In this document: positions 31,814 through 35,700 of the stretch, piece by piece | How the letters are laid out: every line of letters begins with the position of its first letter | Numbering within the stretch: position 1 is the first letter of the stretch | Source of the DNA: a virus | Virus record (IMG/VR): IMGVR_UViG_3300014205_000466 | Span: 1-35,700 of that record | Length of the DNA: 35,700 bases | Direction: 5' to 3' (one strand) | Notes under the pieces: model-generated | The model's input: only the letters and a program-made list of their open reading frames with translations | Told to the model about the DNA's origin: nothing | The model's database searches: none | Program-made: the position numbers and the translations under genes

Positions 31814-32591
31814 TTCCTCGGCTCCTGCTTGCTATGCTTTCAGACAAAATTTGCATTGCTCGTTCATGCCGTTCGGCGTGGGCGGATTGCCTTGGAGGCG
31901 CTTGTGCTCGCTGCTTGTCCCGCTCCAGCCATTCCGGCTTCACGGTCGTCCAGTTGCGCAGGATCATTTCATCCGCAGCGGCATTCGGATCTGGACAGGC
32001 TTTGAGTTGGTCGGCGAGGAGCTTGATTGCGTAGTCGGTATTCTTCGCCCGCTTCGATTTGCGGTGATCGAGAACAGCCTTGCATCGGTCAGCATCGAGA
32101 ACGTCCGAGAGGATCGAGAGCGCATCGCGCGGCTTAGTATCTTCGTCAGAAGATACGTTATTATCTTCTCTTATCTTCTCTTTACGCGCGCTATGCTTGA
32201 GGCTGGCTGCATCTACGTCGTTGTTTTTATTGGATGCAGACCGATTTTCGGCGGATTTTTCTCCACCTTTCGCTCCACTTTCAGCAAAGTTTCGCGCACG
32301 TTCCGCGTCAATTTCGATCTCTTTTTCTGCGCGAAAGTTCGACAAAACTCCGTCGTAAGCCTGCAGTTTTCCGAGTTCGATCAGCCGATCGCGGAGAGCC
32401 GACCACTTGCGGACAGACACGTTGCAGATGCCGGAAAGCCATCTGGCGTCATCTGGGATCGGGCCTTGATGATCATAGATAAGGTCGAGACAAAGCGAAT
32501 ACGCGCCCTTCTCTTCGAGGGTCATTCCCATCGTGTCGGCAATGAAATCTGCACCACAACGGCGATACCAGACGCGGGACGGCTTCTTCAT
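31746..32591 (-). CDS. DUF1376-type phage replication/primosome-associated protein
   Basis: The N-terminus (YRRCGADFIADTMGMTLEEKGAYSLCLDLIYDHQGPIPDD..WLSGICNVSVRKW) matches the DUF1376 pattern, which is common at phage replication modules of Alphaproteobacteria. Confidence 0.65.
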   Translation of the reverse strand: MKKPSRVWYRRCGADFIADTMGMTLEEKGAYSLCLDLIYDHQGPIPDDARWLSGICNVSVRKWSALRDRLIELGKLQAYDGVLSNFRAEKEIEIDAERARNFAESGAKGGEKSAENRSASNKNNDVDAASLKHSARKEKIREDNNVSSDEDTKPRDALSILSDVLDADRCKAVLDHRKSKRAKNTDYAIKLLADQLKACPDPNAAADEMILRNWTTVKPEWLERDKQRAQAPPRQSAHAERHERAMQILSESIASRSRGNEPVGENTIDLGTGDWSPFGTA

Positions 32592-33031
32592 GCTGATACG
32601 CCCTCAAAGATTTCAGGCATAAGCTTCTGCCGCGGTATCCCGACAACGCGCTCGATCTCGACGGCGCGTTGTGCCGTCAGGAAACCGCGCTCCCAACGGA
32701 GAACGGTCGATTTGTTTACAGGCGGGGAAAACAGCCGCCCGAACTCTTCGAGAGACATTCCGCCGTTCTGCTGCCGATATGCGGTGATGTGTGATGTGTT
32801 TTCTAAGCTGGTGATAGGGCCGGTAGACAGATCGACGCGCCCCTTGCCGACGTTGCAGTCTTCGCAAGATGTCGTCAGATTGTCGAAATTGTTCGTGCCG
32901 CCACCGCAGATAGGAATAATATGATCAACGTGAAGAACGACACTCGGAGAACGGCCACCACAATATGTGCACGTAAACCGGTCGCGCTTAAAAACATCAA
33001 AGCGAATGCGCTTGGTGATTGGCTTTCTCAT
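32588..33031 (-). CDS. HNH endonuclease domain fused to a Cro/YdaS-like HTH domain
   Basis: N-terminus: CTYCG...HVDHIIPICGGGTNNFDNLTTSCEDCNVGK (HNH). C-terminus: MSLEEFGRLFSPPVNKSTVLRWERG..TAQRAVEIERVVGIPRQKLMPEIF (Cro/YdaS-type HTH). Confidence 0.75.
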   Translation of the reverse strand: MRKPITKRIRFDVFKRDRFTCTYCGGRSPSVVLHVDHIIPICGGGTNNFDNLTTSCEDCNVGKGRVDLSTGPITSLENTSHITAYRQQNGGMSLEEFGRLFSPPVNKSTVLRWERGFLTAQRAVEIERVVGIPRQKLMPEIFEGVSA

Positions 33032-33231
33032 GACCGATCACCGTCAATCCGCCGGCGCTCTTCTGCTATGAACGCCCGGACCCTCGCTTCAGTTTCTGGC
33101 CAAAGCCTTCTGCCCGAACGGACACGCTCGATGAGGCGACCGTTGTGCACAGCCTTCCACCCGAACCGATATTCAGGCATTCCGGTTTCGTTCAGCAATT
33201 CGGTGATTTCGTCTAACAGATTTTTGCTCAT
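33028..33231 (-). CDS. small Cro/CII-like early regulator (67 aa), probably translated from a leaderless mRNA
   Basis: ATG 33231 lies 7 nt downstream of the predicted -10 box and has no SD sequence. The upstream part of ORF 33028..33267 is occupied by the promoter. Confidence 0.5.
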   Translation of the reverse strand: MSKNLLDEITELLNETGMPEYRFGWKAVHNGRLIERVRSGRRLWPETEARVRAFIAEERRRIDGDRS

Positions 33232-33238
33232 GTAAGCA

Positions 33239-33267
33239 TCATTACACGCCATAGCGTGCAAGGTCAA
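33239..33267 (-). promoter_or_regulatory. leftward early promoter (PR analog): TTGACC-N17-TAATGA, with an operator in the spacer
   Basis: Seen directly on the minus strand. The palindrome CACGCTATGGCGTG occupies the spacer (33245-33258). Confidence 0.55.
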
Positions 33268-33285
33268 TACACCTTATTACGTGCG

Positions 33286-33299
33286 CACGAAAAAACGTG
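33286..33299. promoter_or_regulatory. operator-like palindrome CACG-AAAAAA-CGTG (adjacent to the CGTGCGCACG palindrome at 33280-33289)
   Basis: Seen directly between the divergent promoter and the repressor gene. It has the same CACG-N6-CGTG geometry as the spacer operators. Confidence 0.4.
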
Positions 33300-33312
33300 G
33301 AAGGTGCTAAAA

Positions 33313-33651
33313 ATGGTCAAGAGCATATGGAAAAGGGAACGTCTCGCCATGGTAACAGGCTGGAGAAACAGACTTATTGATGCTATTAATGCGGATGGTC
33401 GATCGGATCGCGCCATCAGCTTGGCGGCTGGACTCGGACCGAATTTTGTCAACGAGCTTAGGAACCAAACGAAAGAGCCAGGCGTCGAAAAGATCATGAA
33501 ATTAGCAGACGAGCTTAACGTCAGCTTAACGTATTTGTTTATGGGTTCCGATGTTACTGCAGAGGATGAGGCTTTTCTTCGCCTGTATCGTCAATATTCT
33601 GACGAGGAACGTGCTGGCCTTCTCGCGATCCTGAAGAAGAGAAACCCGTAA
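33313..33651 (+). CDS. XRE/CI-type repressor (HTH only, no peptidase S24 domain)
   Basis: Internal ATG of ORF 33256..33651 behind GGAAGGTG. The sequence WRNRLIDAINADGRSDRAISLAAGLGPNFVNELRN...IMKLADELNVSLTYLFMG is a classic XRE HTH. The gene lies between two operator-bearing promoters. Confidence 0.65.
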   Translation: MVKSIWKRERLAMVTGWRNRLIDAINADGRSDRAISLAAGLGPNFVNELRNQTKEPGVEKIMKLADELNVSLTYLFMGSDVTAEDEAFLRLYRQYSDEERAGLLAILKKRNP

Positions 33652-33850
33652 TCCTATCTATAATGTCACGTTTTTCATTCTGGCTCAAAACGGCCCATCT
33701 GCGCAAAACTTCAACTGTTGTTTTCATTTGCCCACCTAACCATTTTTGACGTAGAACAATATAGGAACATATTCCCGCCGCTCGGTCAACGAGAGTGTGC
33801 CACGTTTCTTTTGATTCTCCACCTGTAAATATGATCATGTAAAAATAATT

Positions 33851-33864
33851 CACGTTTCGGCGTG
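33851..33864. promoter_or_regulatory. operator-like palindrome CACG-TTTCGG-CGTG, just upstream of the -35 of the rightward promoter
   Basis: Seen directly. Confidence 0.4.
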
Positions 33865-33871
33865 TATGTGC

Positions 33872-33899
33872 TTGACGTGCACGCCATGGCGTGTAATTG
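33872..33899 (+). promoter_or_regulatory. rightward early promoter (PL analog): TTGACG-N16-TAATTG, with operator CACGCCATGGCGTG in the spacer
   Basis: Seen directly. The 20-mer 33878-33897 is the reverse complement of 33241-33260 with a single mismatch. Confidence 0.55.
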
Positions 33900-33942
33900 T
33901 GCTCTCCATGAAGAAGCGCTTCGGCGCAGGTGGAGAGAGACA

Positions 33943-34677
33943 ATGTTAGATAGCCCAAGGCACGAAACAAAACCGTTTATCTCGAACGAAAAATACGAAT
34001 CGACCGGCGAGACGAAAATCGTTGCTGGCGTCACGTTCCATAGGATCAAGGCAAAGATTGCAATCGGCATCATCGCGGCTGGAACACTTGGCGGGTGGGT
34101 CGAGAACGAAAAAAACCTTGACGTATCCGGCGATGCGTGGGTCTACGGCAATGCACTGGTCTACGGCAATGCGCAGGTCTCCGGAAATGCGTGGGTCTAC
34201 GGCGATGCGCGGGTCTACGGCAATGCGCGGGTCTCCGGCGATGCGCGGGTCTCCGGCGATGCGTGGGTCTACGGCAATGCGTGGGTCTCCGGCGATGCGT
34301 GGGTCTACGGCAATGCGCGGGTCTCCGGCGATGCGTGGGTCTCCGGCGATGCGCAGGTCTACGGCAATGCGTGGGTCTACGGCAATGCGTGGGTCTCCGG
34401 CGATGCGCGGGTCTACGGCAATGCGCAGGTCTCCGGCGATGCGCGGGTCTACGGCAATGCGCACTACCTGACAATTTCCCCTGTCGGATCAGAGAACGGG
34501 TGCCTAACCGCATTCGTTCAGAATGACGGGACAATCTTCGTCAATCGTGGCTGTTTCTCTGGATCGCCAGATGAGTTCTTGGCAGCGGTCAAGAAAACGC
34601 ACGGAGATAACGACCACGGCAAGATTTACCGGCTCTCGGTCGAAATTATCAAGCTTCGCCTTGGCGCTGGCAACTGA
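33943..34677 (+). CDS. hexapeptide-repeat (left-handed beta-helix-like) protein with conserved N- and C-terminal domains, function unknown
   Basis: ATG 33943 behind GGAGAGAG. It has about 19 consecutive G[DN]A[WRQL]V[YS] hexapeptides. The C-terminal domain reads ISPVGSENGCLTAF....GCFSGSPDEFLAAVKKTHGDN..GKIY. Confidence 0.75.
   Translation: MLDSPRHETKPFISNEKYESTGETKIVAGVTFHRIKAKIAIGIIAAGTLGGWVENEKNLDVSGDAWVYGNALVYGNAQVSGNAWVYGDARVYGNARVSGDARVSGDAWVYGNAWVSGDAWVYGNARVSGDAWVSGDAQVYGNAWVYGNAWVSGDARVYGNAQVSGDARVYGNAHYLTISPVGSENGCLTAFVQNDGTIFVNRGCFSGSPDEFLAAVKKTHGDNDHGKIYRLSVEIIKLRLGAGN
34129..34470. repeat. tandem repeat, 18-bp unit x about 18.5 (consensus GGCRATGCGYRGGTCTMC)
   Basis: Counted unit by unit from the sequence. 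Differences are confined to unit positions 4, 10-11 and 17, apart from two single-unit exceptions (unit 2 position 9, unit 4 position 3). Confidence 0.95.
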
Positions 34678-34708
34678 TTTATGCGCTTCGGCGCAAGTGG
34701 AGAGAGAC

Positions 34709-35104
34709 ATGACGCACTTCAAAGACAAAGGCCAGGTCATCATCGCCTATCGCGCCGATGGAATTGTCCCTGAAGTTGACCACCGCGACGAGACTTTCGA
34801 TACGGTCGCAGACTATCTCAAGACCATTGACGAGCCGGAAGTCTGTATTCGGTTTATCCGGTTCAGCAATCGCACCGGCGTAATCATGGATGTTACCGCC
34901 ACCGTTATCAATGGCTGGCTGGAAACGGTCGATGTTCTCCAATGGGACGAGCATTTCGGTTGCCCGCTGATGATTCCCGAAAAGGATTGGTTCGCGCTGG
35001 TCGAGGAAGCCCGCGAATACGAAGACGCATTCGAGGCCGATCCGCACGACGCCGACGATTACGAATATCAGGCGTGGAAAGACAATCAGGAGGATGCGGC
35101 ATGA
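34709..35104 (+). CDS. hypothetical protein with a strongly acidic C-terminus (131 aa)
   Basis: Internal ATG of ORF 34523..35104. It is preceded by the same GCGCTTCGGCGCA-GTGGAGAGAGACA leader as the repeat-protein gene. Confidence 0.6.
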   Translation: MTHFKDKGQVIIAYRADGIVPEVDHRDETFDTVADYLKTIDEPEVCIRFIRFSNRTGVIMDVTATVINGWLETVDVLQWDEHFGCPLMIPEKDWFALVEEAREYEDAFEADPHDADDYEYQAWKDNQEDAA

Positions 35105-35424
35105 GTGCGAAACACACACCAGGACCGTGGGTGGCCGAGACGGGCGCAGGACGTGGCGCGTGGATTAAGGGTTCCGATGGTGAATGGTCAGCCCTTTCGT
35201 GCGGAGCAACTGACGAAGTGGCAGAAGAAAACGCCCGACTGATCGCCGCCGCTCCGGAATTGCTGGATGCGCTAAAGTGGATGGTCGACAACGACGAAAC
35301 CAACGAAGGCGACGAGCCAATACCAGAGCGCAACGGTGAAACATGGGATGAAATCAACGCCTATTGGTTAGATGGTCTCAACAAGGCTCGCGCCGCCATC
35401 GCCAAAGCGGAGGGCCAAGCATGA
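35101..35424 (+). CDS. hypothetical phage protein (107 aa; HTPGPW...NARLIAAAPELLDAL motif)
   Basis: ATGA overlap with the upstream stop. The motif is recalled from many uncharacterised phage proteins. Confidence 0.6.
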   Translation: MSAKHTPGPWVAETGAGRGAWIKGSDGEWSALSCGATDEVAEENARLIAAAPELLDALKWMVDNDETNEGDEPIPERNGETWDEINAYWLDGLNKARAAIAKAEGQA

Positions 35425-35627
35425 ACACCTGCCCCGCAAATCAATTCGGATGCGGCGGCGAAACGAAATGCCGCGCACGCATCGACATCCCGAAGCAGAG
35501 CTATAGCCGCGTTCCTGAGTACCTGGCGTTGGCTGGAATTGTCCTGTTCGCAGCTCTCGGCATTTGGGCCGGTGGTTCGGCGATGGACCGCGTAGAGCGC
35601 GTAGATCAGATGGATGCACGGCGATGA
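35421..35627 (+). CDS. small membrane protein (68 aa, Cys-rich N-terminus, one TM)
   Basis: Internal ATG of ORF 35364..35627 at an ATGA overlap. TM segment: YLALAGIVLFAALGIWAGG. Confidence 0.55.
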   Translation: MNTCPANQFGCGGETKCRARIDIPKQSYSRVPEYLALAGIVLFAALGIWAGGSAMDRVERVDQMDARR

Positions 35628-35700
35628 CCGAACCAGCAAGCGACAAACTGATTGCCGCTATTGAGGCAGTTGCCACAAATAGTTTCGAAATATCGAATGC
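35623..35700. repeat. Terminal identity copy 2 (identical to nt 1-78)
   Basis: Direct comparison. Confidence 0.9.

Noticed and set aside
33554-33727. Minus-strand small ORF (MKTTVEVLRRWAVLSQNEKRDIIDRI..., 57 aa) with an AGGTGG RBS in the gap after the repressor gene
   Set aside because: About 100 nt of it runs antisense through the 3' end of the repressor gene, where its translation becomes low-complexity. No convincing promoter was found. It is kept only as a possibility, and Ribo-seq would decide.
34129-34470. CRISPR array or diversity-generating retroelement as explanations for the repeats
   Set aside because: The units are contiguous with no spacers and lie inside a coding frame, so this is not a CRISPR array. 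No reverse transcriptase or template repeat is present, and the substitutions (G/A, T/C, G/A, A/C) are not adenine-specific, so this is not a DGR.
33946-34534. Four additional long ORFs in other frames/strands across the 18-bp repeat array (33946..34464-, 34022..34471+, 34070..34534-, 34137..34526+)
   Set aside because: They are a by-product of the stop-free periodic repeat and encode low-complexity Arg/Pro/Cys strings. Only the frame starting at 33943 has an RBS, a promoter and non-repetitive conserved-looking N- and C-terminal domains.

Overview
The window reads as a complete, podovirus-like temperate-phage genome of alphaproteobacterial (Rhizobiales-like) type. All calls come from the ORF track and reading by eye; no homology search, HMM or RNA folding was run, so family names are motif-level recognitions.

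Genome form: nt 1-78 are identical to nt 35623-35700. The unit length is therefore 35,622 bp, and the window wraps a circular or circularly permuted molecule.

Architecture:
1. A long minus-strand late operon runs from about 24.7 kb down to 2.9 kb. In order it carries two small genes, TerS-like, TerL, portal, scaffold, major capsid, a decoration-like gene, a Maf-like/SAM-methyltransferase fusion, adaptor/nozzle-like proteins, a GNAT-like gene and three ejection proteins (one with a peptidase-S74 C-terminus, one with an SLT lysozyme domain). Then come an opposite-strand lipoprotein moron, a tail fibre, a low-GC fibre-associated gene, an ATGA-coupled lysis cassette (GH19-like endolysin, holin-like proteins) and a secreted trypsin-like protease.
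2. A lambda-like immunity region lies at 33.2-33.9 kb. An XRE-type repressor gene is flanked by two nearly identical, divergently oriented promoter-operator cassettes.
3. A minus-strand early operon runs from 33.2 to 26.0 kb. It carries a leaderless Cro-like gene, an HNH-Cro/YdaS fusion, a DUF1376-type replication protein, a GcrA-like protein, tiny membrane ORFs, a beta-class DNA methyltransferase, RusA, a DnaA-domain-IV-like protein and a Ser/Thr phosphatase.
4. A plus-strand early/accessory operon runs from 33.9 kb through the origin to 2.9 kb. It starts with a protein built from about 18.5 tandem 18-bp (hexapeptide) repeats and ends with an excisionase-like gene and a 5'-truncated integrase remnant.
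5. A three-gene plus-strand island (25.1-26.0 kb) has a near-consensus sigma70 promoter.

Most interesting candidates for uncharacterised biology:
- the operator-controlled hexapeptide-repeat gene, which shares a structured leader with the acidic gene after it;
- the Maf-like/methyltransferase fusion inside the head module;
- the HNH-Cro fusion;
- tRNA-derived mini-elements and an orphan antisense-strand terminator in the late-operon leader;
- the plus-strand island;
- a 41-nt perfect inverted repeat created by a duplicated small gene in both early arms.
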